A stretch of 64,000 nt of DNA from the IMG/VR virus record IMGVR_UViG_3300028833_000068, positions 96,001 to 160,000 of that record; one strand, written 5' to 3'. Of this stretch, positions 1 through 9,713 are shown one piece after another. A program made the translations under genes and the position numbers. The first letter of the stretch is position 1. Each line of letters starts with the position of its first letter. The DNA is from a virus. Its lineage: Duplodnaviria > Caudoviricetes. The notes beneath the pieces were generated by a model. The model was not told the origin of the DNA and made no database searches. It saw only the letters and a list, made by a program, of their open reading frames with translations.

Positions 1-302
1 TCATCAGCCCATCCATATTTCACATAATAACGAGATTGCTGATTCCCAGTTGTCTCATCATATGGCTCATCAATCCTCTCTTCCTTTGTTATTACTGAAA
101 GGTCATATAAACGCTTTCTAAGCTCTCCATTATGCAATCCCATAGATTTTAACCTATCATTGGGAACTGCGCCTATAGGGTCTTTAAAAATGTTCTTAAT
201 GAATTCTATGACATCTTCATAGAAATCTTGGAATGGAGGTTTTCTATTATCTTCCTCAAGCAATCTCCCATATGCTGACTCATTGATGTGTATTACCTTC
301 AT
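1..302 (-). CDS. Hypothetical protein with N-terminal INES-type tag (partial, runs off window start)
   Basis: Hand translation MKVIHINESAYGRLLEEDNRKPPFQDFY...; ATG overlaps the TAA of the upstream ORF; not in ORF track because it is truncated. Confidence 0.8.
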   Translation of the reverse strand, partial: MKVIHINESAYGRLLEEDNRKPPFQDFYEDVIEFIKNIFKDPIGAVPNDRLKSMGLHNGELRKRLYDLSVITKEERIDEPYDETTGNQQSRYYVKYGWAD

Positions 303-511
303 TACCTTGTAACTCCTCCCTTCCACGTGCTGCTACGATTCCATAAGGTTCTAAATAAATCCTCAATGACTTCTGCCGTAATCTCCTTGACAGCCTTCTT
401 AAAGTCTCTAGAATCATATGCAGAAGATATGCGGTTGGAAACAATTGCTTCAACCTCAGTCTTATTTATCTCCTCATTGATTATCTCTCTTATTCTTTCA
501 TCTGAAATCAT
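302..511 (-). CDS. Small hypothetical protein (IREIINEE tag-like N-terminus)
   Basis: 69 aa ORF, ATATTTATA motif about 16 nt upstream. Confidence 0.75.
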   Translation of the reverse strand: MISDERIREIINEEINKTEVEAIVSNRISSAYDSRDFKKAVKEITAEVIEDLFRTLWNRSSTWKGGVTR

Positions 512-526
512 AAAACATTATTTTTA

Positions 527-535
527 TATAAATAT
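527..535 (-). promoter_or_regulatory. ATATTTATA putative late promoter
   Basis: Motif recurs just upstream of about 15 transcription units. Confidence 0.6.
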
Positions 536-544
536 CATAATAAC

Positions 545-575
545 AAAAAAAAGGATGCTATTTCTAGCACCCTTT
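545..575 (-). terminator. Intrinsic terminator
   Basis: Minus strand AGGGTGCTA-gaaa-TAGCATCCT followed by a T-run. Confidence 0.7.
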
Positions 576-969
576 ATCTATTATCTAAGACCATCCATGT
601 ATACGACTTGCGCATATCCTTCTTTTCGTGAACCTCAAAACCAATTGACTTATAGAATTCAACCAATTGGTTATCTTTCATATAGTATTCATCTGAAGAA
701 TGAACAATAAGGTAGATGAACTTACCCTTTGTGTTCTCCTTAACGAGGTTTAGAAGTTGTCTTCCATATCCTTTTTTCCTTTCTCCAAACTTAGTAGTGA
801 AGTCTGAAAGATAGAATATGTCACAATCTGGAAATTCTAACCTCCTTTTCCTATCCAAACTAAATGTTTGAAAAGCGACCTCTAGACTTGATAGACATCT
901 GTTGGTCTGGTCATCAACTAACTTAAAATAAGTTGAGCCACAAGCATTTTTAACAACCAATTTTTCCAT
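574..969 (-). CDS. GNAT family N-acetyltransferase
   Basis: ERKKGYGRQLL acetyl-CoA motif A and LVEFYKSIGF motif B. Confidence 0.8.
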   Translation of the reverse strand: MEKLVVKNACGSTYFKLVDDQTNRCLSSLEVAFQTFSLDRKRRLEFPDCDIFYLSDFTTKFGERKKGYGRQLLNLVKENTKGKFIYLIVHSSDEYYMKDNQLVEFYKSIGFEVHEKKDMRKSYTWMVLDNR

Positions 970-1107
970 TTATCTTCTTTTACCTAATTTTTTGATTCCG
1001 TACTCCTTTGGTGTAAGATAATAGCGTTCAATCTCTTTAACCTCACTCACAAGTTTGTCTTTTGCGTATAGCACTCTAGCCGCATCTTCAATACTGACTG
1101 GTTCCAT
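970..1107 (-). CDS. Small hypothetical protein (45 aa)
   Basis: Hand translation MEPVSIEDAARVLYAKDKLV...; fills the gap and abuts both neighbours. Confidence 0.55.
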   Translation of the reverse strand: MEPVSIEDAARVLYAKDKLVSEVKEIERYYLTPKEYGIKKLGKRR

Positions 1108-1777
1108 TTTCTTTAAAATGTTTCTTAATTAACTCTACAATCAAATACTCACACACAACACCATTATAGGCTTTGCAATCATCGTAGCTGAATGTGACAT
1201 TGGGAATTTCCTCAACTGTAAAGGATTTTTCCTCAAGGCAGACTGTATAATCCTCGTTATCAACCTTTACCCTTATATCGCCTTCTCTTTCCTTTATCTG
1301 GAATCTTGTTATCTCACCCTTGCTGTATCTCGCAGTATCGAATATTTCGGAATTATAGCTCTTGGCTTGTGCGATTGCATCTTTCTTATCAAGGCACACA
1401 TACTTGTATGAGCCATGAGCATAACGCTCACCACTGCCATCACCCTTAAGGAATATTGTTGAATAATCGAACATGCAACCACAATTATAACAAACCTTAT
1501 TATAAAGCTCAAAATAATAAGAGTCACCATTATCCTCACCACGATAAAGTTTGATTCTAAAGGCATCCTTAATGGTTATTCCAAGAATCTTGTGTGGTGT
1601 TATGACACAATGATAGTCTCGGATTAAACCACCGATACCCTCGAACACTACGTATACAGTGAATGGCTTGCCTACCTCTTGCTTACGAAACACATTATCA
1701 TGCTTTCTATAAGGTGGTAGAGAAAGGTCTTCCCTCCTAGCTGTGAAATAATCCTCTATGTGTAAACCTATACTCAT
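1088..1777 (-). CDS. Hypothetical protein
   Basis: Start moved to MSIGLHIE because the longer start overlaps the promoter. Confidence 0.7.
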   Translation of the reverse strand: MSIGLHIEDYFTARREDLSLPPYRKHDNVFRKQEVGKPFTVYVVFEGIGGLIRDYHCVITPHKILGITIKDAFRIKLYRGEDNGDSYYFELYNKVCYNCGCMFDYSTIFLKGDGSGERYAHGSYKYVCLDKKDAIAQAKSYNSEIFDTARYSKGEITRFQIKEREGDIRVKVDNEDYTVCLEEKSFTVEEIPNVTFSYDDCKAYNGVVCEYLIVELIKKHFKENGTSQY

Positions 1778-1796
1778 ATAACTTATTTTTACGCTG

Positions 1797-1828
1797 CAAA
1801 TGTACGAAAAAAAATTGGACTGACCAAA
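1797..1828 (-). promoter_or_regulatory. Bacteroidota sigma-A-type early promoter inside a terminator hairpin
   Basis: TTTG ... TACATTTG on minus strand. Confidence 0.75.
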
Positions 1829-1852
1829 TATCAATCCAACTTTTAACTTTTA

Positions 1853-2623
1853 TTAATATTTATTCTGTGAGGCTTTCTTTATCAATTCTTCAATATCCGT
1901 ATAAACTGTATATGGAAAATCTACATTAACATTAGAATAATGAAGTAACGTTACTCCATGTTCTTCGCAAAGTTTGATTTTCAATTCATCATTATTCTTC
2001 TGTAACTCAAAATGTTCCTTTCCGCCAAAATATTCAATTGGTTTAAAATGTTGCAAACCTTGACATTCTATAGCAACATTGTACTTAGGTAAATAGAAAT
2101 CAAATCTTTTAATTTTTTTCCCATCAACTAACCAATCAAAAACCTTTTGTTGTTCATATTCAATACCATTATTAATTAAAGCTTGTTCAACATTTCTCTC
2201 TAACTTAGATATTTTACAGTATGGACATCCTTGTTTGTGAGTTAAATGGTTATGTGGTGTCATTTCAAACTCCCTACCACATTCATTACATTTAATTACT
2301 AACTTAGTTTCTTTGTTTTTGTATACACTTTTAGAATAATCAAATTGCTCTCCGTGTAATGCTTTTGCTCTACTAGTAAAAACCTCTGTCGTTATTTTTT
2401 CTCTATTTGAACATACTCGGCATCCTCTTCCTAATAAGTGTTTTTCTGGAGTTTGCCAAAACTCACCGTGAATTGGGCATATTATGCAAACTTTTGTTCT
2501 AGCATTAACGTACTCAACTTTTGAATAATCATACTTGTCACCATGAATTTTCCTAGCACGTTCGATAAATTCATCCTTTGTAAAAGCAAACTTTTCCCTT
2601 AATATCTCATATTGTTTTTTCAT
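1853..2623 (-). CDS. Free-standing homing endonuclease (HGxKYDYS/Zn-finger repeats plus Vsr-like PD-(D/E)xK domain)
   Basis: KIHGDKYDYSKVEY..ICPIHGEFWQ repeats; C-terminal RFDFYLP..IECQG.QH. Confidence 0.85.
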   Translation of the reverse strand: MKKQYEILREKFAFTKDEFIERARKIHGDKYDYSKVEYVNARTKVCIICPIHGEFWQTPEKHLLGRGCRVCSNREKITTEVFTSRAKALHGEQFDYSKSVYKNKETKLVIKCNECGREFEMTPHNHLTHKQGCPYCKISKLERNVEQALINNGIEYEQQKVFDWLVDGKKIKRFDFYLPKYNVAIECQGLQHFKPIEYFGGKEHFELQKNNDELKIKLCEEHGVTLLHYSNVNVDFPYTVYTDIEELIKKASQNKY

Positions 2624-3195
2624 TGGTTATCTCTTTCTGATGCTTGTTTAAGCTTTGCCATAAGGTCTCCATCTTGAGTTATGCTGTCACGCCAGTTCAT
2701 ATAAGCATCCCTAATTTTGCCAATAGTTCTTGCATTTGTTTCGCTTAACTGCATTGCATCACACCAAATATAGAGTCCATCTGCTCCTGAAGGGTCTGAA
2801 TATCTGAATTGGAAACTAAGGTTCAATGAAGGAATCTTACCATCCAATGTCATGTCCTCTGCCTTTGGATAGTACTTCAATGCCTTATCCCCAAACTTAA
2901 CATTGTCATTGATGGCTTTCCTTACTGCGCTCTCTTGAGAAGTTCTGACATCACCGAACTGTGGTGTATCTTTATCTATCTCAAAAACTTCTGAATGGTT
3001 ATCATCAGTCTCTTCCTCAGTTAAGATTTTTTTTTTATTTCCATCAATTGCTTCTTGCATCAGAATCTTATTTCTTGTCAAGAAGTTATCATTTTCTTTC
3101 TCTTCAGTTACAAACTGTTCTGCTGCCCATTTTGCTTGTTCTACTCTTCCTCTTCTGAGGGTATTAAGCATTTTCTTTGTAATATTATCTGTCAT
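2620..3195 (-). CDS. Hypothetical protein
   Basis: 191 aa ORF coupled to neighbours. Confidence 0.75.
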   Translation of the reverse strand: MTDNITKKMLNTLRRGRVEQAKWAAEQFVTEEKENDNFLTRNKILMQEAIDGNKKKILTEEETDDNHSEVFEIDKDTPQFGDVRTSQESAVRKAINDNVKFGDKALKYYPKAEDMTLDGKIPSLNLSFQFRYSDPSGADGLYIWCDAMQLSETNARTIGKIRDAYMNWRDSITQDGDLMAKLKQASERDNQ

Positions 3196-3719
3196 AGTAT
3201 GTAATCAATTTCCATTCCATTCCAAGAATAACCAAACATATTGTCAGCTTTTCTTGATACTTTATTTTCCTTAAAGGTCTCCTTCATGGCTTCCTCTTCA
3301 ATTTCCTCAGTTGGGGTTAATACAGAAGCATCACCATTCATTGCCTCCATTGGAGGGTCTTGATGAACTTTATCGTATGCTTCCATAAATATTTTCTTTT
3401 GAATCTCTAATGTTTCCTTTTTATCATCTTCATCCTTGAAGTCTTCCTTCGCCTCATATACCTTTGGGTCGTTCCAAGAATTATCTTCTGTTTTTTCAAA
3501 AGGAATATCATCACTATCAAGTTGTTCCTCTATTTCCTCAAGTGGTGCTAACACTGAAGGGTCTCCATTAACTACTGCTTGCTTTGCACCTTCCTCAATT
3601 GCATCCAATGCAGCCTCCATTTCATCATTTGGAGTTGTATCTATAATTGGTTTTTTAACTTTATTTGTTGTTGTCTTCTTAGCTGTAGTCTTCTTTGCTG
3701 ATTTTCTCTTTATAGCCAT
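3192..3719 (-). CDS. Hypothetical protein with basic N-terminus and acidic body
   Basis: 175 aa; internal repeat NGD(P/A)SVL.P.EEIEE twice; ATATTTATA at 3735-3743. Confidence 0.75.
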   Translation of the reverse strand: MAIKRKSAKKTTAKKTTTNKVKKPIIDTTPNDEMEAALDAIEEGAKQAVVNGDPSVLAPLEEIEEQLDSDDIPFEKTEDNSWNDPKVYEAKEDFKDEDDKKETLEIQKKIFMEAYDKVHQDPPMEAMNGDASVLTPTEEIEEEAMKETFKENKVSRKADNMFGYSWNGMEIDYIL

Positions 3720-3745
3720 AACTTTTTCTATTTATATAAATATTA

Positions 3746-4471
3746 TTAACTTAGCAAATCTCCCATATTTTTATACATTAACATAGAAGAACGTAATTTC
3801 CTTAAACTTTTTTTATTGATTTGTCTAGCTCGTTCAGAACTGATTCCGTATTTCTTTCCAATTTCAACCATTGTTAATTCCTTTTTATTATTCAAACCAT
3901 AATAGTTCTCAACTATTTCTCTTTCCCTTTTGGTTAGAACATTTAACAATTTGGTGATAACTTCTTTTTGTTCTTGATTCATTTCCCTCTTATGTTCATC
4001 AGCTTCATTGGAAAAGGATTTATCATTTTTTGCAACCATTTCATCTTCATTATCTGAAATTGAATTTTCCAATACATTCGTACTATTATCACTATTTTCA
4101 ATTTCTACAATGTTCAACAGTTTTTTCTTCTTGATTGCTTCCAACATATATACCCTTATCCACCATACGGCATAAGATATAAACTTAACATCTTGATTTT
4201 CATCGAACTTGTCAATTGCCCTTATTAATCCCATATTCCCCTCAGATATGAGGTCTGAAATTGGGATGCCACGACCAGTATAATGTTTTGCAATGTCAAA
4301 AACAAATTTTAGATTTGCCTCCAATAATTCATTTTGAGCTTTAATATTACCTTTCTTGCAAAGTCTTAACAAACGTTTTTCCTTTGCCTTTGTTAAAGGT
4401 TTATATTTCTTTAAGTCATCATAATATACTTGTACTGTTTTATTAAAATCATTTACATATTGATTGTTCAT
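3746..4471 (-). CDS. Phage-encoded RNA polymerase sigma-70 factor (RpoD/SigA-like)
   Basis: Region 2 LLEANLKFV..DLISEGNMGLIRAIDKFD..KFISYAVWWIR; region 4 HTH EIGKKYGISSERARQI. Confidence 0.92.
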   Translation of the reverse strand: MNNQYVNDFNKTVQVYYDDLKKYKPLTKAKEKRLLRLCKKGNIKAQNELLEANLKFVFDIAKHYTGRGIPISDLISEGNMGLIRAIDKFDENQDVKFISYAVWWIRVYMLEAIKKKKLLNIVEIENSDNSTNVLENSISDNEDEMVAKNDKSFSNEADEHKREMNQEQKEVITKLLNVLTKREREIVENYYGLNNKKELTMVEIGKKYGISSERARQINKKSLRKLRSSMLMYKNMGDLLS

Positions 4472-4488
4472 ATTGATTGATTTATCGA

Positions 4489-6858
4489 CTATTTCAAAAC
4501 TACCTTTGAAATATTATTCTCTTTCACAACTGAAATATGATGGTCACACATATCGTGAACCTCTTGATTATGACTAATCAAAATAAGAGTCTCATATTGT
4601 TTTGATATTTTTTCCAATAGATTTTTCATATTATCATAATTATCCTTTGAAACTCTACCCCACACCTCATCTAGAGTGCATATAGAACTTTTCGGGATTG
4701 TTGACATCTCAGACAATACTGACCTCAATGCTATTCCACTTGCTGTAAGTTCAAATCCGCTACCACTTGATAGATTAGAATAAACTCCATCCTTAATAAG
4801 GTTGAACATCACATCATTCTTTTGGTTTATTGCTACCTCTACATCAAAATCGCAAACATCACCCAATAACTTCGATAATTTTGCATTAATAATTGGAAGC
4901 GTCTTTCTAAGAACCATCTTTGAAATACCATTTTTACCAACAAGTTCAAGGTAAATCTTCCAGTTTCTTACTAACTTTTCCTCCTCATTAAGCTTCTTGA
5001 TGACTTCCTTTCTATCATCAATTTGCTTCTTGTGATTCTTTATATCTGCTTCATTCCTACTGATATAGGATGTATTCAATTCCTTAGTATTACGCTTATC
5101 TCGTATAAATACATCGTTATTACGAATTTGAATGTCAATTGAATTATTCTTGTCTATTGCCTCACTATTTTTATCATATTCTCTCTTAATATTTCTATTT
5201 TCTTGATATTCATTTCGAAGCTTTTCAACATTCACCTCCAATGCGGCTTTCTTAATCGTTAGATTATTTCTCTTGTTAAACAATTCTCTCTTATTCTTTA
5301 AGGAATTAACCTTGTTTGTTAACGCTTCTTTCTCTATTCCCATATTCTTGCCTTTCAGTAGAATTCCTTCAAGTTCCTTTGTTAATTCCTCAATTCTCTT
5401 CGAATTATCAACATTATCCAATTTTCTATGACAAGTTGGACAGATTTCACTTGATTTAAGATGTGTCACATTGTGCTCAATATTTTTATATTTCTCCCTT
5501 AATACTGCAATATCCGTATTAAGCTTGGATAATTCGCCTTGTAACTTATCATATTCTTCAATTGAAAAGTCAACATCACCAATTTCTGTAAGTTCCTTCG
5601 TAATCACTTCTATCTCTTCTTTTTTCTTAGTACCTTCAAATATATTCTCTTGCATCTTTCTCGTCAATGTAGTGATGTCAATCTTGAGAGTGTTATTATC
5701 AATAACTGTCTTTGAAGATAAAAGAGTCTCACGATTCTTCTCCAATGTTTCTATTTCCTTATCAAGAGTCTTGTTTTCTTTCTTGAACTTCTTATTTTCC
5801 TCTTCAAGGGTTTTAATTGTCAAGTTAAATGCCTCAATCTCTTGCATAAGAGTTTCCTCATTATATCTGTTTGACAATAGCATTGGTTTGACCTCAGAAT
5901 TGAATTTTTCCCTTGCTAGCTTGTCTTTTTCCTCAAGGGGTAATAAACCTATCCACCTTGATAATAAACGTCCTCTATCAGCCTCTTTCTTATTCACAAG
6001 GTCATCAAGGGTGGCATCTGTAACAGACATAATAAGGTCAAAATCACTCTCAATACCTATTGCATCCTTAATTGCTTTGTTGGTTTGTACTCCATTTTCC
6101 TCTTGCTGGTTTTCAACGTCATACTCTTCCAATTCTTCCTTGGAATCACCAACCAACTTATAGTATTCTACCTTCTGTGTTGTCTTACTCTTTTCACTTC
6201 TTCTCTCCAATGCTGGTCTTGATAACGTTCTCTTGATTATGTAATCAACACCATCAATGTTAATACAACCTTCTACAACAACATTGGTAGCCTTCGGTAA
6301 GTGTTTATTGAAGATTTTATCTTGAGTATCTACCTTGTTCGTTTTACCAAATAATAGGAAGTGAATGAGGTCAATGGATAATGTTGACTTACCAGCTTGA
6401 TTTTGACCACTTAAGGAAGTAAGTCCATGAATACTTGTAAAATCGAAATAGTTGCTGGTTCCATAACTGAGAAAATTATCCCATCGTATCCACTTGATAG
6501 AATATCTCCTATACTTGTCGTAAATTTGATAATCAATTTTTCCATTTATCTCTGCGTCTATTTTCTTTATTAAATCAAAATCGTAATTTGAAATGTTATT
6601 AGCTTTCAAGTAAGCTTCAAACAACTTTATTTGGAACTGTGGGTCTTGAATATTCTGAATAATGTCAGTATTCAAAGATATTTGTTCTCCATCTTCATCA
6701 ACCATCAAGAACTCTGGGATAACCTTAATTTTATCCTTTGGAAGATTATACTTCTTGCTGAACTTGGCGATAATTGATTTTTCCTTCTCCTTGGAATAAT
6801 CATATGGTGATACATTCCAATGTATGTTAACTCTAGATTTTTCCTTTAATTGAATCAT
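4489..6858 (-). CDS. sbcC: SbcC/Rad50 (gp46-like) recombination ATPase
   Basis: Walker A GQNQAGKST, coiled coil with CPTC zinc hook, SSGSGFE signature, Walker B TLDE, ISH loop. Confidence 0.9.
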   Translation of the reverse strand: MIQLKEKSRVNIHWNVSPYDYSKEKEKSIIAKFSKKYNLPKDKIKVIPEFLMVDEDGEQISLNTDIIQNIQDPQFQIKLFEAYLKANNISNYDFDLIKKIDAEINGKIDYQIYDKYRRYSIKWIRWDNFLSYGTSNYFDFTSIHGLTSLSGQNQAGKSTLSIDLIHFLLFGKTNKVDTQDKIFNKHLPKATNVVVEGCINIDGVDYIIKRTLSRPALERRSEKSKTTQKVEYYKLVGDSKEELEEYDVENQQEENGVQTNKAIKDAIGIESDFDLIMSVTDATLDDLVNKKEADRGRLLSRWIGLLPLEEKDKLAREKFNSEVKPMLLSNRYNEETLMQEIEAFNLTIKTLEEENKKFKKENKTLDKEIETLEKNRETLLSSKTVIDNNTLKIDITTLTRKMQENIFEGTKKKEEIEVITKELTEIGDVDFSIEEYDKLQGELSKLNTDIAVLREKYKNIEHNVTHLKSSEICPTCHRKLDNVDNSKRIEELTKELEGILLKGKNMGIEKEALTNKVNSLKNKRELFNKRNNLTIKKAALEVNVEKLRNEYQENRNIKREYDKNSEAIDKNNSIDIQIRNNDVFIRDKRNTKELNTSYISRNEADIKNHKKQIDDRKEVIKKLNEEEKLVRNWKIYLELVGKNGISKMVLRKTLPIINAKLSKLLGDVCDFDVEVAINQKNDVMFNLIKDGVYSNLSSGSGFELTASGIALRSVLSEMSTIPKSSICTLDEVWGRVSKDNYDNMKNLLEKISKQYETLILISHNQEVHDMCDHHISVVKENNISKVVLK

Positions 6859-6860
6859 TG

Positions 6861-7226
6861 TTAGTTTTTCTTAATTACTCGTATTTTTCTTACAACTACT
6901 GGTGTTTTTACTTCTTTTTCTTTAATGTCTTCTTCTTTGGTTGTGGATTCTCCTTTAACTGTTTCCTCAATAACTCGTTTTGCTTCATCTTCTCTTGAAG
7001 AGTGTGTTTCTTGTTTAGTTTGTTTCTTGTATTCATCTTTACTTAAATCTTTAATTCCTTTATTTTCCCTTTCTATATTATCCATTGGTGAAGTTCCAAA
7101 CTTGATAATACTAAATCCTTGAGATAAACAACGATTTGCAAAAGCATTGATGTCTTCAATCTCATTTAATTCACAATATTGACGTATCTGTCTCTCCAAC
7201 GTCTGGTTTACATACAATCTGCTCAT
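6861..7226 (-). CDS. Hypothetical protein (possible ribbon-helix-helix N-terminus)
   Basis: 121 aa, first gene after an early promoter. Confidence 0.7.
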   Translation of the reverse strand: MSRLYVNQTLERQIRQYCELNEIEDINAFANRCLSQGFSIIKFGTSPMDNIERENKGIKDLSKDEYKKQTKQETHSSREDEAKRVIEETVKGESTTKEEDIKEKEVKTPVVVRKIRVIKKN

Positions 7227-7230
7227 ATTG

Positions 7231-7262
7231 CAAATATATAGAAAATAATTGAAATAAACAAA
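7231..7262 (-). promoter_or_regulatory. Bacteroidota sigma-A-type promoter driving the sbcC/sigma operon
   Basis: TTTG ... TATATTTG on minus strand. Confidence 0.75.
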
Positions 7263-7367
7263 TTTCTTGATATAAATTTTTAAAAAATGTTAAAATATTA
7301 TTTAATATTAATATTTTATATATTATAGTTTAATATATTATTTTAATATTATATTAGTTATTGAGTT

Positions 7368-8141
7368 ATGAATAAAGAAGGAAAAGAAGTATATCTAGGT
7401 TTAGATATAAGTACTGCATGTATCGGGATAAGTATTATTATAGATGATGGGTCTGATTACGGTAAGATTGTTGAACTAACCCATATCAACCCCAAAGTAT
7501 CAAGCAAGATAAAAGGTATCGAACAACTGTTCTTGAAAAAGAAGATATTTGAGGAATTCATCACCAAATATAAAGACTTTGGCATTGACCATGTTGTAAT
7601 TGAAGAACCACTCTTGAGAAGTAACAATGTTTTAACTGTTTCAACATTATTGAGGTTTAATGGTATGATTTCAGATTGTATCTACAATGTATTGGGGATT
7701 GTACCAAACTACATATCGTCATATGAGGCAAGGGAGTATAGCTTCCCAGAGCTTATGGCTATAAGGAAATATGGCAAGGATGAAAAGCAATATGAATTCT
7801 CCAAGATTCATAAGGAGATTAAAGATTGCAAGTTAGTTCTATTTGGTAGTTATCCTTGGACAATTGACAAGAAGACAGTTCTTCAAGAGAAAGTTGCTGA
7901 GATATTCCCAGACATTGAATGGCTGTATAACAAGAAGGGTGAATTGAAGAAAGAAAACTTCGATGCCTCAGACAGTTATATTGCATTTTTAGGCTTTCTA
8001 AACAAGAAACGCTATGGGGAACTAGAATTCTCTAGTGAGATTGTTGGAGAGGCTAACGATGGCAAAGGAACAAGGGAAATCGACTATATCGTTAGATATT
8101 GGAATAAGGAAGAATTAAGAAGAACATATGTTAGTGTATAA
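7368..8141 (+). CDS. RuvC-like Holliday junction resolvase
   Basis: YLGLDISTACIG, VVIEE, ENFDASDS RNase H-fold acidic motifs. Confidence 0.8.
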   Translation: MNKEGKEVYLGLDISTACIGISIIIDDGSDYGKIVELTHINPKVSSKIKGIEQLFLKKKIFEEFITKYKDFGIDHVVIEEPLLRSNNVLTVSTLLRFNGMISDCIYNVLGIVPNYISSYEAREYSFPELMAIRKYGKDEKQYEFSKIHKEIKDCKLVLFGSYPWTIDKKTVLQEKVAEIFPDIEWLYNKKGELKKENFDASDSYIAFLGFLNKKRYGELEFSSEIVGEANDGKGTREIDYIVRYWNKEELRRTYVSV

Positions 8142-8145
8142 AAAG

Positions 8146-8175
8146 AAAGCGAGACTCAATTAAGAATCTCGCTTT
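8146..8175. terminator. Bidirectional intrinsic terminator
   Basis: AAAGCGAGA..TCTCGCTTT hairpin between convergent genes. Confidence 0.75.
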
Positions 8176-8182
8176 TTATTTT

Positions 8183-8572
8183 TTAATTTATTAATCTCAT
8201 TAAAGCCCATTCCCCACGAAGCTCAATGATTGTAAATTCTTCCGTTGAAAACAAGCCAAATGACTCGCAATCTATTCTAGCATGGAGGAATATTGCTCTA
8301 TTTTTAAATTTTGTTTTAACTGTTTGAATTAAACCACTTGCGACACCTTGGTTTCTGTACTTCTCTTCCACAAAAAGACAAGATAAGTAAATAGGTTTTT
8401 TATTTTCAACACCAAATTTGACAGCATAGTCTTCTTTACCAACTTTTGTATAAACACGTATTCTGCCTAATTTTTTTCTCTTATCTTTAGCGGTTATTAA
8501 AACATAGGGTGTTGTGTATGCACTCTCACCCTTTTCAAAATCATATTTTACATTATCCATAGATATATCCAA
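8183..8572 (-). CDS. GNAT family N-acetyltransferase
   Basis: LFVEEKYRNQGVASGLI motif A. Confidence 0.8.
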   Translation of the reverse strand: MDISMDNVKYDFEKGESAYTTPYVLITAKDKRKKLGRIRVYTKVGKEDYAVKFGVENKKPIYLSCLFVEEKYRNQGVASGLIQTVKTKFKNRAIFLHARIDCESFGLFSTEEFTIIELRGEWALMRLIN

Positions 8573-8951
8573 GTGTTATCACTCCAATAAACGCTATCAT
8601 AACACACACTCCAATACCAACCTCACCCATGTTGAAATTGAGTTTATAGTTATGGAAATTGGCACAAGTGGAAAGGGTGCTTTTAAGAGAGTCACACAGC
8701 TTAAAATAGCTTCCAATTGGATGCGTATCATACTGTGAGGGTTTGGATGCAAACTCATCCAATGCTTTTTTCTCATCATCGTCCATGAGATAACCCTCAT
8801 ACTTTGCAGAGGTCATCTTTGCCAAGACGTGATAGAACCAATTCTTCTCAGCCTTCTTGATAAGGTCTTCCTCCTTAATCAAGAGACGATTAATAATCAC
8901 CAATGCTGCAATACAAGCAACAATAATCAATGTAATAATCTGTGCATTCAT
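8553..8951 (-). CDS. Hypothetical membrane protein
   Basis: Hydrophobic segments at both termini. Confidence 0.7.
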   Translation of the reverse strand: MNAQIITLIIVACIAALVIINRLLIKEEDLIKKAEKNWFYHVLAKMTSAKYEGYLMDDDEKKALDEFASKPSQYDTHPIGSYFKLCDSLKSTLSTCANFHNYKLNFNMGEVGIGVCVMIAFIGVITLGYIYG

Positions 8952-8954
8952 AAT

Positions 8955-9695
8955 TTATTCAGTATAATCTTTACTAAAACCGCCTATACAAATACCTCTT
9001 AATCTTTCTTTGTTAAATGATAAAGCAAAATCAAATCCCCAATGTGAAACTCCACCACAAATAATTCTTTCAACATCATCTTCACACAGCGTAACTTTAG
9101 TATCTTTCCTAGGGTCATTTTCTCCAACCACTTTAAAAATGTATCTTCCATCCTTCTCCCACTTATTAGTAAATGCTATTTTATGCAATGCATTTTTTTC
9201 ATCAGCAAAATAACAATCATCAAAAATAGGAAGTTTATTTAAATCATCAGAGCAATAATCTTTCAAAAAGTCTTTATAACTGTTATGATAATTATATGGG
9301 TATTCAACTCCATTAAATGCAGAATAAAAAATTGCAACTTGTGTTAATAAAGGTAGACAATTAAATTTACTGAATATTCTGTGATAGACCATATAACGTT
9401 TATCTAAAATATCATATTCATCATTCCAAGTTATACCATTGTATCCTATAACATATAAAGATTCTTTACTTTTGTTTCGTGAATCAACACCATGCTCATT
9501 CTTAAAACCAACTTTCAAATATACTGTATCATGTGTTTTTCCATCACCAAATTCATCTGTTAATGGTCCAATAGAACAGCAATCTATTGATTTTAAACCA
9601 CGTTTTTTTAATTCTTCAGAAATTAGTTCTTCCAAATCATTATTATTAGTACAAAAGTCTTTTATTAATGACAATCTTTCTTCTAACGTTTTCAT
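8955..9695 (-). CDS. Hypothetical protein
   Basis: 246 aa ORF in tandem early module. Confidence 0.75.
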   Translation of the reverse strand: MKTLEERLSLIKDFCTNNNDLEELISEELKKRGLKSIDCCSIGPLTDEFGDGKTHDTVYLKVGFKNEHGVDSRNKSKESLYVIGYNGITWNDEYDILDKRYMVYHRIFSKFNCLPLLTQVAIFYSAFNGVEYPYNYHNSYKDFLKDYCSDDLNKLPIFDDCYFADEKNALHKIAFTNKWEKDGRYIFKVVGENDPRKDTKVTLCEDDVERIICGGVSHWGFDFALSFNKERLRGICIGGFSKDYTE

Positions 9696-9713
9696 ATTAT
9701 TTAAATTTTTAAA

